Positions 26,561 to 39,920 are shown, counted from the first letter of the stretch. The stretch: 63,599 bases of DNA from Chiloscyllium plagiosum (GCF_004010195.1 NC_057748.1:10540428-10604026); one strand, 5' to 3'. Translations and numbers: made by a program. Notes: generated by a model not told the origin, from the letters alone.

Positions 26561-29500
26561 TCTAGGATGCAGGCTGTCAGGACCAGTGGACTTGTCTTTA
26601 TTCCCATTAGCTTTCCCAGTCCTTAATGTCCAGTGATTGTGAGATTGTTCCTTCTTTCTTTTGCCTCTTCCTTTTCTACTATTCTTAGGATCCTTTCTGT
26701 GTCTTGTCCTGTTAAGAATGATGCAACATAATTATGCACAGTCTTTCCCATTTCCTCATTTTCCATTATTAATGCCCTGGTCTCACCCTCTGAAGGACTA
26801 CCACTCAGCAGCTCTTTATTAGAATTTGAATCCCTATAGTGTGGAAATAGGCCCTTCAGCCCAACAAGTCCACGCTGACCCTCCAAGGAGTATCCCACTC
26901 AAACCCATTCCTCTACATTTACCTCTGACTAACCTACACATCCCTGAACACTATGGGCAACTTAGCATGGCCAATTCACCCTAACTTGCACATCTTTGGA
27001 CTGTGGGAGGAAACCAACACAGACACAGGGATAATATGCACACTCCACACAGACAGTCACCCAGGGCTGGAATCGAACCCAGGTCCCTGGTGCTGTGAGG
27101 CAGCAGTGCTAGCCATCGTGCCACCCTTAGCTTTGCTGCTTCCCCAGATGTCCATAACCTCCAGGTCTACCAATAACCTTTTCAGCATTGTCCATCTTTT
27201 CTTGCAATTTTATACCATCCTTAACTTCCTTTGTTAGCCACTGATGCTGCTTTCTTCTTGTACAGCCTCTGTCTCAACAGAATGTGTCTTTTGTAGGGAG
27301 TTATATTAACCCACAAGCAAGAGGAAGGTGCAGGCTATTTGGCCCCTCGGGCCTGCTACACTGTTTAGTAAGGTCGTGGCCGATCCAATCAAAACCTCAA
27401 ATCCACTTTTCCGTCTACTCCAACAACCTTGCACCCTCTTGCTTACGCAGAGTACGTCAGCTGCTGCCTTAAACGCATTCAGAGAATCTGCCTTTTCAGG
27501 AAGAGAGTTACAAAGATTTGTGACCCTCTGAGAAGAAAAGTTTTACCTCATCTGTTTTGAAAGGGCGACCCCTTTGATTTTTACACCATAATGGCTTGTT
27601 CTATGGCAGCCCAGTGGCAGCCCACACGAAAAATTTGATAAGTGGTGTTCAGATAAGATATGGGGTCAACCATTTTAATAATGGGCGGCACGGTGGCTCA
27701 GTGGTTAGCACTGCTGCCTCACAGTGGCAGGGACACGGGTTCAATTCCACCCTCGGGCAACTGCCTGCACGGAGTTTGCACATTCTCCCCGTATCTGCGT
27801 GGGTTTCCTCCCACAGTCCAAAGGTGTGCAGGTCAGGGTGGATTGGTCATTGCACTTGGTGTCCAGGGATGTGCAGGCTGGATGGGTTAGCCATGGGAAA
27901 TGCAGGGTTATCGGGTAGCAGGGTTGGTGTGGGGTCTGGGTGGAATACTCTTTGGAGGGCTTGGTGTGGATTCGATGGGCTGAATGACCTGCTTCCACAG
28001 AGTAGGAATTCTAGATTCTCCCATAAGTAGAAACATCCTCTCCATGTCCTACCAGTCAAGATGCCTCATAGCTTATATGTTTCAATCAAGTCATCACTTC
28101 CAAAAGTCCAGCCTCTCCTACAGGACAACCCTCCCATTCCAGGATTCGTCTGGCAAACCTTCTCTGAATTGCCTTCAATTTATATACGTCCTCTAACAAA
28201 GAGACCCATACTCTGGATATCTTTCCAGCTGTTATCTCACCAATGCCCTGTATGACTGAATGAAAGATTCCCTCATAAGTTTGCCACTACTCCTCCACTG
28301 CTTTATCTTTCAACCTAACTATTCAGTCCACTTGTGCTGACTTTGTCTTCATAACTTTATAAAAGCCTTTATTTAACGTTAATTGTTTGCATAGCGTGGA
28401 AACTGGTCGAGGCAGACTTCACCGAAGCATTCAAAAGCGAGCTAGATTATTATTTTCTAATTCTCCCACAAGAGACAAGGCTCAGATGGGCGGCACGGTG
28501 GCTCAGTGGTTAGCACTGCTACCTCACAGCGCCAGGGACCAGGGTTCAATTCCACCCTCAGGCAACTGTCTGTGTGGAGTTTGCACATTCTCCCCGGGTC
28601 TGCGTGGGTTTCCTCCCACAGTCCAAAGGTGTGCAGGTTAACTGAATTGGCCATGCTAAATTGCCCATAGTGTTCGGTGTATTAGTCAGAGTGAAATGGG
28701 TCTGGGTGGGTTACTCTTTGGAGGGTCGGTGTGGACTGGTTGGGCCGAAGGGCCTGTTTCCACACTGTAGGGAATCAAATCTATTTTAAAAAGCAGGCTT
28801 ACGGGGAGAAGACAGGAGATTGGTGTGAAAGGAATCACTCGTTTGGAGGGCCAGCATAGACAAACTGGCTGAATGGTCTCTTTCTGCACTAAGAATGTCT
28901 CCAGTCCCACATTCTCACTGTCAGATTGAATGTGAGATTGCATCTTGTTACAATGACTCCTATTGAGAGGGTCCTTCACTGTTTGAGATTATTTATTAAT
29001 CCTGTCTCATTACTGGGTCTAAAATAGCCAGTTCCCTGATTTGTTCCAGGACATATTGTTCTGGAACCAGGCAAGATTACGTCAGCTTCTTCATCTAGGA
29101 GCAGTTTAATGTTAATGTCACTACTTTACTTCCATGATGCAGATCTGATCATTGAACTCCTTAACAATTTTTCTCTCTGTGACTGCTGAGAATTCCTCTT
29201 CCGTTACTGTGTTTCTTATCCCACAGCAATCTGGCTACCTGTTTGATTACTCCTATCCTGTTTCTTCACAATCTTAAATCATTTCTGCTAAATTAGGTTT
29301 GTTCGATCTCTGTTCAACCCTTGTGTCTCAATTGGTAGGACTACTGCCTCTGAATCAGCAAATTGTCGTTTCAAGTACCTCTCAGATCAGAATCTGTGTA
29401 CACTGACAGCAATCTTTCTGACACTTCAAAAATGATGACACTCAAAAGGCACTTTATCGGTTTTGTTTTAAAGGCAGTGCTAGTTTGGTGACACAGAACT

Positions 29501-30184
29501 TTGGGAGTCCCTGGGGCTGTGAAAGGTATTACATAAGGAACTGATTAGATTAGATTACTTACAGCGTGGAAACAGGCCCTTCGGCCCAACAAGTCCACAC
29601 CAACCCTCCGAAGAGCAACCCCACCCAGACCCATTCCCCTACATTTACCCCTTCATCTAACACTACGGGCAATTTAGAATGGCCAATTCACCTAACCCGC
29701 ACATTTTTGGACTGTGGGAGGAAACCAGGGCACCCGAAGGAAACCCACGCAGACATGGGGAGAATGTGCAAACTCCACACAGACAGTCGCCTGAGACGGG
29801 AATTGAACCTGGGTGTCTGGCGCTGTGAGGCAGCAGTGCTAACCACTGAGCCACCGTGCCGCCCAATGCCAGGTTTTTTTGCGAGCAACATCAGTATCTT
29901 CCTTTTAACAAGGGGTTGAGTTTCCCTTCAACTGGACATGCTCCACTATCTTTTTCACAGCAGTTTAATTATTGTCAAATCTCACCTCCAACCTTTGGAC
30001 TTTAGTTATCATGTCATTCCCAATTTGCAGTTATGTCATTGTGTAAGCCAGTGACTATTTTAAATTTTCCCAAATATCAGTTTACAATGTAATGCTATCT
30101 TATCTGGTTCTTTTATTGTATTGTTTCATGTCATACGCGAATATTAACCAAGCCGTTTTGACTTTGCCTGTGGATTTTCTGCAG

Positions 30185-30244
30185 GTTCGGAATAGCGGTG
30201 GCAAATGGATCTGTGAACATTACTGTGGAATTCCCCTACATCAG
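30185..30244 (+). CDS. TMEM150B: TMEM150B-like exon 2: (V)FGIAVANGSVNITVEFPYI(S)
   Basis: ttttctgcag acceptor, gtaact donor, 60 nt, phase 2-2. Contains the PYIS family motif and N-glycosylation sequons NGS/NIT. Confidence 0.9.
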
Positions 30245-32094
30245 GTAACTTCAGTGTTGCTGACAGGCGCACCCTGCAAGTCTTCCAAGATATTGTGTTA
30301 TCGCTCAAACCCAATGACCTAGAAGTGCAAGATTTATCCCAGGGTAGGTGGTAGGCTGACTGTTCATTCCTTCGCTACAATGTAACTGGCAGACCCAACT
30401 TTGCACAGGCACGTGTAAGCTAGGAGCAAGAGTAGGCCATTTGGCCTGCTCCACAATTCAATATGATCGCGGCTATTCATTTGAGCACAATTCCCTCATT
30501 CTGTCCTCCCCCCTCAAATCCCTTGATCCCTTTAGCCATAATAGCTATACCTACCTCTTCCTTGAAAACACATAACGTCTTGGGGCCTCACCACTCTCCG
30601 GGTGAAGATAACGCTCTTCATCTTCAGTCCTAACTTGGACCTTATTCTGAGACTATTTCCCATGATTCCACGCAACACTAGTGTGGAGTAACTTCCTGTT
30701 TGCATGTCCCCTGTTTAACCCTGTAAGAATTTTCTAAATTTTATTCATCACCCATTTCTCTTCAAAACTCTACAAAATACAGACCACTTTCCTCATAAGG
30801 TCAGTGGTCACAGGCCTTGAGACATTAGCTCTGTTTCTCTCTCCACAGACACTGCCAGACGTGCTGAGTTCCTCCAGAAACCTTTGCTTTGATTTGCTTC
30901 AAATCGCCAGCATCTGCGATTCTTTGTTTTATTTTGTCTTTAAAACTTTCCTCATGGGATATGGGCAGTGCTTTTCTTGTCCATTTAAGAGTCAACCTGA
31001 GGCTGGAGTCACATAGAGGCCAAACCAGGCAAGGCTGGCAGATTTAATTCCCTAAAGGGTATTGGCAAACAAGATTTTCTTTTTGAATGACGATAGCTAG
31101 TGGTTACACAGTCATTCTGAGGGCTAGCTTTTTGAAAAAAAAAAGATTCCAGGTTTTAAATCATTGCCACAATGGTGTTCAAACCCTCCTATCCATAAGA
31201 CAGTGGCGTAACCACTGTACCACCAGCTCCCTCACAGTTGAGGTGAATAGCATAGATGCATTTAAGGGTAAGTTGAATAAACACACATGGAAGGAAGAAA
31301 CAGAAGGGTATGCTGACAACGTTAAATGATGTAGGATAGGAGGAGATGCATATGGGCTAGAATGAGTCTGTTGGGCCAAATGGCCTGTTTCTGTTTTTAA
31401 GGACCGGACCAAACCTTCAAACTATGTTAGGGAGATAGCCTAGACCGTAACTTTTTCTTATTTTAAAGGCAAGTGCCAGGCGTTGCATTCTGGATTGGTC
31501 AAACTACCGGTCTTGAAGCAAAACACACTTTATTCATATACTGTAGATAAAATACAACAAAAGAATTGGAATAATTAACTCTATTGGATAACTTAACAGA
31601 ATGATAGATTATTTATAGATAACAGGTACTAAACGGAATCTGTTCCAATATAGGAACACACCCTTGACAAAGGCAAATTCAGTCAAATAGATTGTCTCAC
31701 ATGTAATTCTCCAGTCCAGGAGGAAACAAAACATCAAGAGAAAACTTTGAGAGAGACAGTGGCAGGGAGAGATGTATTGCAGTTTCCAAACTGAGCTTCA
31801 ACACCCCAGAAATACTAAAAATTAAAATCCTGGCTCTGTGGGAGCTTGACTCCACCCGTTCAAGCTGCTTCTATTGTTCCAACAAAAAAACCCAAGGTCT
31901 CACAAGCTGTTTACTTTATTGGTTTGAAATAGACAGCTTGGTACCTCTGTCTTAAAACCTCTCTTCAAAAAAATCAAGGACAAACTACACCTCTCAAAGC
32001 CATAGCATCGTCTAAGTGTGCTATTTGTTCTGTGTCATGTCAGTTGCGCTCGTCAGTTGAGTGATAAACCTTTGACTTTCCGTGTTTTCTTCAG

Positions 32095-32162
32095 TGTTTG
32101 TGGGGCTGAACCACCTCAGAGCTGCATTTTTGGCCAAGTGATGAACGTCGGGTCTTTTCTGG
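32095..32162 (+). CDS. TMEM150B: TMEM150B-like exon 3: (S)VCGAEPPQSCIFGQVMNVGSFL
   Basis: ttttcttcag acceptor, gtgagt donor, 68 nt. Contains the PPQSCIF motif of TMEM150B. Confidence 0.92.
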
Positions 32163-32539
32163 GTGAGTATACCTCAAACGGATTCCTTTTGAGGACACAG
32201 GGAGAACTCCACATACACCAAATGCAGACAGTGAGGTTCAGTGAGGCCAACCCCTCCCGGTGTGACACAGAGCCATGGTGATCACAAACAGCAGCGTCTG
32301 GACATCAACCCAGCTATCCACCGCCAGCAGGGGAAAGCGAACGTGAGTCAAAACTCACGGTTGCTGGAAATCTGAAGTAAAAGAGCAGAAGGTGTCAGAG
32401 GAACTTAGCAGCATCTGAGCTGAGTTGACCTGTCCAGTCCAATGTGTCTCTTCTTCAGAACTAGAATAAGATACAAATACTCGCAAAGTTAAAAACTCGC
32501 AAAACTACAATCTGTGCCTTTCACTGGCTGCCAATTGGA

Positions 32540-33150
32540 TTTTTAAATTCAAAAATCTACTATAGTCATAAAAATATCTTTTATTTACAGATATAGTCAC
32601 TGAAGCAGTTTGGTTCTGTACAGTAGCACATGAAAAAACAAATTTTGGAGTTAGACTCTATCCAAAGGCATTTCTTACTTGTACAAGATTATATTTACAT
32701 ACATTCTGAGGCAATGAGAGGGTCTAACAGCTGAATGGACCCTCGTTATACTTTGGCAGAAAGACCTCAGACAGTGGTCTTTTCCCACATGCCCCTCAGT
32801 GGCGGCTGCCCCTGGCTTCAGTGCGTCCCTCAACACACAGTCCTGGACCTTGGAATGTGCCAGTCTGTAACACTCAGTCAGGGTCAACTCCTTGCTCTGG
32901 AAGACCAAGAAGTTTTGGTTGGACCAAAGCGGGCCTTTCACTGAGTTGATGGTCCTCCAGGTGCAGCCGATATTTGTCTCGGTGTGCACCCGGGGAACAG
33001 ACCGTAGAGAACAGAGTCCCATATCACGGAGCTGCTCAGGACAAACCTCCACACAAACCACTACATCTCTCTCCAGACTTCATTTTCAAAGGCACGTTCC
33101 AGAAGGAGATGTGGGACAGTATGTCTCCAGTCAGTACCTTAGGATAAAGG
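32540..33150 (-). mobile_element. L1/Tx1-like LINE 3' fragment
   Basis: HTETNIGCTWRTINSVK...ECYRLAHSKVQDCVLRDALK resembles a Tx1-type ORF2 C-terminus. Related degraded copies lie in ferritin intron 1 (about 47400-48050 and 59140-59900). Confidence 0.65.
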
Positions 33151-33557
33151 TCACACATGATTACCAAAAGTCAGCAGGCACAGTGGCACAGTGTTGCATT
33201 TCTCTCCTCTTTTCGATTGTCATGTTAAAAAAAAAACATCTGATTCACTAATATCCTTTCAGGCTGGAAAATCGGTCATCCGTTTATCCTCTGTCTCGGT
33301 GTTGCTCACCTGACCTTAAAGAATGAATCTGGAACGTGCCTTTGAAAATGAGGTCTGGAGGGAGATGTAGTGATTTGTGTGGAGGTTCATCCCGAGCAAT
33401 TCCATGATGTGGGACTCTGTTCTGTATGGTCTGTTCCCCGGGTGCACACCGAGACAAACATCGGCTGCACCTGGAGGACCATCAACTTAGTGAAAGGGGA
33501 AAGACCAGCTTCAGAGAGGATGTTTAGTTTTAAAATTGTTTCTCTCGTTCTTTGCAG

Positions 33558-33685
33558 TTATTTGGGTTTGTGTCATCAGATACCAGCAAGTGATAGACTA
33601 TGGGTACCAGTCGGCACTGAACATTGTCAGTCTGGTGACCGGCTGCCTGTGCGCGATCGGGGGTTCCTTGGTGGGAAATTTCCAG
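33558..33685 (+). CDS. TMEM150B: TMEM150B-like exon 4: VIWVCVIRYQQVIDYGYQSALNIVSLVTGCLCAIGGSLVGNFQ
   Basis: tttgcag acceptor, gtaatg donor, 128 nt. Has the RY and VGNFQ hallmarks of the DRAM/TMEM150 family and is phase-compatible with exon 3. Confidence 0.93.
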
Positions 33686-35059
33686 GTAATGTGTTGCATG
33701 AGACTGGAGGGGAGGTGGGGATTGTGGTGGGGAGAGTGGGGTGGGGCAATGCTTTCGGCTGAATGGGCAAGTTTTTCCTGGGCTATGGGTTTCGCCAATG
33801 GCAGCTGCCGTTGGACACAGTACTTCCCAGTAGTATGAAGCTCCGAAATGCCTGAAAAAAATCCAGTTGCCCTCCCATCTCAGGTCAGAGTGGTGCTGGA
33901 AAAGCACAGCAGGTCTGAGGAAGGGCTTTTGCTCGAAACATCAATTTTCCTGCTCCTTCGATGCTGCCTGACCTGCTCTCTCCAGACCTCATTTTCAAAA
34001 GAACAGCAGGTCAGGCAGCATCGAAGGAGCAGGAAAATTGACGTTTCGGGCAAAAGCCCTTCATCAGACCTGCTGTTCTTTTCCAGCACCACTCTCATCT
34101 TGACACTAATCTCCAGCATCTGCAGTCCTCACTTTCGCCTCCCATCACAGATTGCTCAGTGCTACCAGCCAACTGCATGACCCCTCAGCATCCATAACCC
34201 CTTGGCAACCCTGGGTGATGATCCCCGTCATATAACCACCATGCCTCAGGGCTTCACTCCTCCCTTTCCCTCTGACCCCAGCCCCTGTTTCTCACCCTCC
34301 ACCAGTTTCGCTCTTGGGCCCCATCCCACTGGTCCGACAAAGTCTCTCCTGTCAAATCAAAACTCTGCTGGAAATCGAACAGACAAATCCCGCAGAAAGA
34401 AAAGTGCCGGGAAACTCAGTGGCGACTCAGTGGAGAGAGAGAGAGAAACAGAGTTAAGTCGCAGATCAGGTAAAACTGTAGGAGCAGATTACTGCTGGAA
34501 TCTACAGTGGAACCAACAAATGCTGGAGATCACAACGGGTCAGGCAGCATCCATGGAGAGAGAGCAAGCTAATGTTTCAAGCCTCGATGACACTTCATCA
34601 GAGCTGATGATGCACATCAGCTCTGACAGTCTTCCAGACTTGTACTGTGAGCTTACTCTCCCTCCTGCCCGATCGGCTGGTGATCTCCAGCATTTGTTGT
34701 TTCTGGTAGAACTGCATTTCAGTCCTGAAGAAGAATTGCACCAGACTCAACATGAGCTGTTTCTCTCTCCAGAGCTGCTGCCAGACTTGCTGAGTTTCTC
34801 CAGCAATTTTGGAGTTTGTTGGTGATAGCGGGTCTCCCGTTTAGGTGAACGATGCTTACCAGGTATTTCTTCTATAGCCCGATGATTGTGTTCTTGTGCA
34901 GCCCTATGTTATAGAAACAGCAATTAAAGTGTTGGTGATGTGTAATTGAGTTACAGCCAACACACCACATTAAGAGTTCACGCTTTAGAAACAGTGTCCC
35001 CAATTCGTCCAATGGGCTACAGTGAATCTGTGTTAACAAAACACACATTATAACAGAAC

Positions 35060-35510
35060 GACCTGTATCATTACTGTGTCTGTTGCTCCCGATGTGGTCT
35101 CCTCTACATTGGGGAGACTGGATGCCTTACTCGCAGAGCGGTTTAGGGAACATCTCCGGGACACCCGCACCAATCAACCCCACCGCCCTGTGGCCAACAT
35201 TTCAATGCCTCCTCCCACTCTGCCGAGGACATGCAGGTCCTGGGCCACCTCCATCGCTGCTCCCTCACCACCCAACGCCTGGAGGAAGAACGCCTCATCT
35301 TCCACCTTGGGTCCCTTCAACCCCAGGGCATCAATGTGGACTTCACCAGTTTCCTCATTTCCCCTCCCCTCTCCTTACCCCAATTCCAACCTTCCAGCTC
35401 AGCACTGTCCTCATGACCATTCCTACCTGTCTGTCTTCTTTCCCACCCATCCGCTCCACCCTCCTCTCCGACCTATCACCTTTACCCCTTCCTCCACCCA
35501 CCTATTCAGT
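35060..35510 (+). mobile_element. PLE GIY-YIG fragment
   Basis: LAERFREHLRDTRTNQPHRPVA and QRLEEERLIFHLGSLQPQGINVDF. Confidence 0.85.
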
Positions 35511-35599
35511 ATCCTGCCTTTCAAGGAACTATGAACCTACACTCCAAGCTCTCTTTGTTTGGCAATGCGCCCCAGGACCTTACCATTAAGTGTATAAGT

Positions 35600-35985
35600 C
35601 AATAGACAATAGACAATAGGTGCAGGAGTAGGCCATTCAGCCCTTCGAGTTGCACCGCCATTCAATATAATCATGGCTGATCATTCCTAATCAGTATCCT
35701 GTTCCTGCCTTATCTCCATAACCCTTGATTCCACTATCTTTGAGAGCTCCATCCAACTCTTTCTTAAATGAATCCAGAGACTGGGCCTCCACTGCCCTCT
35801 GGGGCAGAGCATTCCACACAGCCACCACTCTCTGGGTGAAGAAGTTTCTCCTGTGCTCTGTCCTAAATGGTCTACCCCGTATTTTTAAGCTGTGTCCTCT
35901 GGTTCGGCACTCACCCATCAGAGGAAATATGTTTCCAACTGCCAGAGTGTCCAAAACTTTCATAATCTTATACGTCTCAATCAGG
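35600..35985 (-). mobile_element. CR1 LINE 3' end
   Basis: CRTRGHSLKI...WNALP peptide and (tagacaa)n tail. Confidence 0.88.
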
Positions 35986-36575
35986 TCCTGCCCTGATTTG
36001 CCTTTCCAAAATGCAGCACCTCACATTTACCTAAATTAAACTCTATCTGCCACGTCTTGGCCCATGGGCTCACCCAGTCAAGGTCCTGTTGTGCTCTAAG
36101 TAACCTCCTTTGCTGTCCACTACATCTCTGATTTTAATAACATCAATTCAGAGTAAATGTTACTGCAGTAGTGGAAGGTAGTACTGTTGGACTCATTAGT
36201 CATACTGATTATGTGTAGAGTAGACGTGGTCTTGATTTTAAAATATTTGCTTTTCAGCATCACTCTAATCCCTTCCCTATCCACCTATTGCACTCTCATC
36301 TACCTTCCCTCCCAGCCTCATTCCTGAAGAAGAGCTTTTACCCGAAACATCAATTTCCTGCTCCTCGGATGCCGTCTGACCGGCTGTGCTTTTCCAGCAC
36401 CACTCTAATTCAGACTCTAATCTCCAGCATCTGCAGGACCCCCTTTCACCTCATTACTTATTGTCCACTCACATAATGTCGTTTCAGGAACTCCGTGCTC
36501 TCAGAGGGAAGAGAATAAAAAGTACAAACCCCAGCGGGGGGAGGAGCTAATTTCTTTATTGATTATCTTCAACAG

Positions 36576-36627
36576 ACCGTCAACCAGATCCACGTCCACC
36601 TCGTGGGAGCCTTTCTCGCCTTCTTTA
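36576..36627 (+). CDS. TMEM150B: TMEM150B-like exon 5, truncated by assembly gap: TVNQIHVHLVGAFLAFF
   Basis: ttcaacag acceptor, phase 0. HLxGAFLAF motif; runs into the N-gap at 36628. Confidence 0.88.
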
Positions 36628-37127
36628 NNNNNNNNNNNNNNNNNNNNNNNNNNNNNNNNNNNNNNNNNNNNNNNNNNNNNNNNNNNNNNNNNNNNNNNNN
36701 NNNNNNNNNNNNNNNNNNNNNNNNNNNNNNNNNNNNNNNNNNNNNNNNNNNNNNNNNNNNNNNNNNNNNNNNNNNNNNNNNNNNNNNNNNNNNNNNNNNN
36801 NNNNNNNNNNNNNNNNNNNNNNNNNNNNNNNNNNNNNNNNNNNNNNNNNNNNNNNNNNNNNNNNNNNNNNNNNNNNNNNNNNNNNNNNNNNNNNNNNNNN
36901 NNNNNNNNNNNNNNNNNNNNNNNNNNNNNNNNNNNNNNNNNNNNNNNNNNNNNNNNNNNNNNNNNNNNNNNNNNNNNNNNNNNNNNNNNNNNNNNNNNNN
37001 NNNNNNNNNNNNNNNNNNNNNNNNNNNNNNNNNNNNNNNNNNNNNNNNNNNNNNNNNNNNNNNNNNNNNNNNNNNNNNNNNNNNNNNNNNNNNNNNNNNN
37101 NNNNNNNNNNNNNNNNNNNNNNNNNNN
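36628..37127. other. Assembly gap (500 N) inside the TMEM150B-like gene
   Basis: A round 500-N run, probably a placeholder of unknown true size. Confidence 0.98.
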
Positions 37128-37274
37128 AGTCAGAGGGGGTCTCGCGGGTTAACCTGTCGTCCACCAGGCACCAACATCATTTGGGAGATCTCGCGTCAGG
37201 ATCCAGGCAGCAGCCAACAGATGCCGGCTGGGAGGGTTTATGTAGCCGATGGCACAAGAATTGCCTGGGATTGA
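37128..37274 (+). CDS. TMEM150B: Probable C-terminal tail of the TMEM150B-like last exon (SQRGSRG...TRIAWD*)
   Basis: Non-repetitive open frame directly after the gap, ending in TGA, with AATAAA at 37836. The frame cannot be verified across the gap. Confidence 0.4.
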   Translation, partial: SQRGSRGLTCRPPGTNIIWEISRQDPGSSQQMPAGRVYVADGTRIAWD

Positions 37275-37835
37275 AGCCAGCGAGAGCGGGTAGCACAGTG
37301 GCTCAGTGGTTAGCACTGCTACCTCCCAGCACCAGAGTCCCAGGTTCAATTCCAGCCTCGGAGTTTGCACGTTCTCCCCGTGTCTGTGTGGGTTTCCTCC
37401 GGGTGCTCCGGTTTCCTCCCACAGTCCAAAGATGTGCAGGTCAGGTGGATTGGCCATACTAAATTGCCCATTGTATTAGGTGCATTAGTCAGAGGGAAAT
37501 GGGTCTGGGTGGGTTACTCTTCGGAGGGTCGATGTGGAATTCTTGGGTGGAAGGGCCTGTTTCCACACTGTGGGGAATCTAATCTAAAGAGGGAGAAATT
37601 TGATTCTGAAAGTAAATTGGCAAGAAACATAAAAACAGACAGTAAGAGTTTCTGTGGGTATGTGAATGAAGGTAGTTAAGCGAAGGTTTCAACACACTTA
37701 TCAGATGAATGAATTAAAAAAATCATATTCTACAATACGAATCGAGCGAGAGAGAGACACCTTGTGTAATTACAGCGTGTACAAGATTCTAAAGCAATTG
37801 CAACATAAACAGGTTTTGAAGAAAATGCTGTGGAG

Positions 37836-37841
37836 AATAAA
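37836..37841 (+). terminator. Candidate polyadenylation signal of the TMEM150B-like gene
   Basis: AATAAA followed by a T-rich tract, downstream of the presumed stop. Confidence 0.4.
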
Positions 37842-37984
37842 TTGTATTTATATAATTTATATGTCATTCAATGGTTGCTATTACATTCTCACAAATAACA
37901 GAAACTTCATGATGTGTACATGAAACGCAGAGGAGGCTGCCTGGCCCTGAGTCTCTGAACTATGAGGAATGATCGGATAGGTTG

Positions 37985-39920
37985 AGAAAAACAGAAATTT
38001 CTGGAGAAACTCAGCAGGTCTGGCAGCATCTGTGGAGAGAAATCAGAGTTAACATTTCAGCTCTAGTGATCCTTCCTCAGAACTAATGGTAGCTAGCGTA
38101 AAAGTTGTTATTTTTATGCAGAAGATAAGGTGGGGAAAGAGGTGGATGACAGCCCAAAGAGAGAGAAGAACAATTGGACAGACCAAGGAGTGGGTAACGG
38201 TCAGCCTGGGAGAATGAGTGGCCGCTAATGGGGATTGTGTAATGGGCCGTGTGTCGTAGTTGATCATGTGATAACATGGCTTAGTGTGTGGGGGTTGGGG
38301 TAAGGACATGGGAGAAAGTGCCTCAAACCCTAAAATCATTCCTGGGGATAGGCTATTCACCAATTTCCACTACAAACCAACTGACTCCCATTGTCAAGAT
38401 TAGAGTGGTGCTGGAAAAGCACAGCAAGTCAGGCAGCATCCAAGGAGCAGGAAAATCAATGTTTCAGGCAAGAGCCCTTCATCAGGAAACACTTTTGCCC
38501 AAAACATTGATTTTCCTGCTCCTTGGATGCTGCCTGACCTGCTGTGCTTTTCCAGCACCACTCTAATCTTGACTCTGATCTCCAGCATCTGCAGTACTCA
38601 CTTTTGCCTGACTCCCATAGTTACCTTGACTATACATCCTCAGACCCTACTTCCTGTAAAGACTCTATTCCATTCTCCCGGTTCCTCCATTTCTGTCAAA
38701 ACTGTTCAGATGATTCCAACTTTGACAGGAGGTCTGCGAAATGGCCATGTTCTTCCCTGACATTAGGTTCCCCAGCACCATAGTTGACTCAGCCGTCAGC
38801 CCCACACTTTGGCCCTCACCCCCTCTCTTCCCTCCCGCAACAGTGATAGGGTTTTCCCTGTCCTCACCTACCATCCCACCAACTTCCACATCCAGAGGAT
38901 CATTACTTGCCATTTCCAACACCTCCAGTGGAAGGCAACCACCAGACACATATTCCCCTCCCCTCCCCCTTCTGGAGAGACCATTCCTCCCGGACAACCT
39001 AGCCCACTCCTCCTTCACTCCCAACAGCCACCCTCATGGGCCCAGACACGCCTTCCAGATGCACTTCACTCAAACTAGTCGCCTGCATTTGCTGCTCTCA
39101 ATGTAGGCGTCGCTGTAGGTGTTTTCGACAGCGAGACAAAGTGTAGACCAGGTGACCGCTTTGCAGAACACCTACGTTCTGCCCGCAAAAATGGGTTTCC
39201 AGTTTCCTGCAACTTGAACAAGCCACCTGGCTAACATCTCTGTCCCAGGCTTGCTGCAGTGCTCCAGTGAAGCTCAGAGCAAGCTGGAAGAACAGCACCT
39301 CACTTCCTGCTCGGGAGCTGTTCTGCCTTCTGGACTCAATATCAAATTCAACAATTTTAGGGTTTGAGGCACCTGCTCCCAGGTCCTTACCCCAACCCCT
39401 AAATACCAGGCCTTATTATCACATGATCTGCTATTATGCACAACCCATTGTTAGCCACTAATAGCCGCTATTCACCCTCCCAGGCTGACCATTATCCACT
39501 CATTTGTCTGTCCACCTGTTCTTCTCTCTCTTATGTCTCTATCTCCACCAATTGTTTATTTCTTACCCCCCTCTCCTCACCCTTTCTTCTGCATAAAAAA
39601 CATTTTTTTCCTAGCTACCATCAGTTCTGAGGAAAGGTTACTGGACCTGAGACGTTAACTCTGATTTGATTTGAATTGAATTGAATTTATTGTCACATTT
39701 ACCAACGCACAGTGAAAAGCTTTGTTTTGTGAGCAATATAGACAGATCCCAGAGTTAAGTAGCATAGATAAGTAAATACTAAGTAAACAGCAGCAAAAAC
39801 AAAAACACAGGTACAGGTGTTAATAGTTTGTGAGTCCATTCAGTATTCTCTCTACAGATTTCTCTCTACAGATGCTGCCAGATCTGCTGAGCTTCTCCAG
39901 CAATTTCTATTTTTGTTTCT
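37985..39920. mobile_element. PLE with inverted pLTRs and a nested fold-back mini-element (38392-38607)
   Basis: 37985-38340 is an inverted copy of about 39350-39920. The interior has degenerate PLE ORF remnants (FPVLTYHPTNFHIQRII). Confidence 0.8.

Larger units (their letters stand above)
21875..29865. mobile_element. Cluster of HE1-type SINEs in TMEM150B intron 1
   Basis: Copies at about 21875-22205 (-), 23817-24038 (+), 24695-25200 (-), 26825-27125 (-), 27683-28015 (+), 28488-28782 (+) and 29545-29865 (-). Confidence 0.85.
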
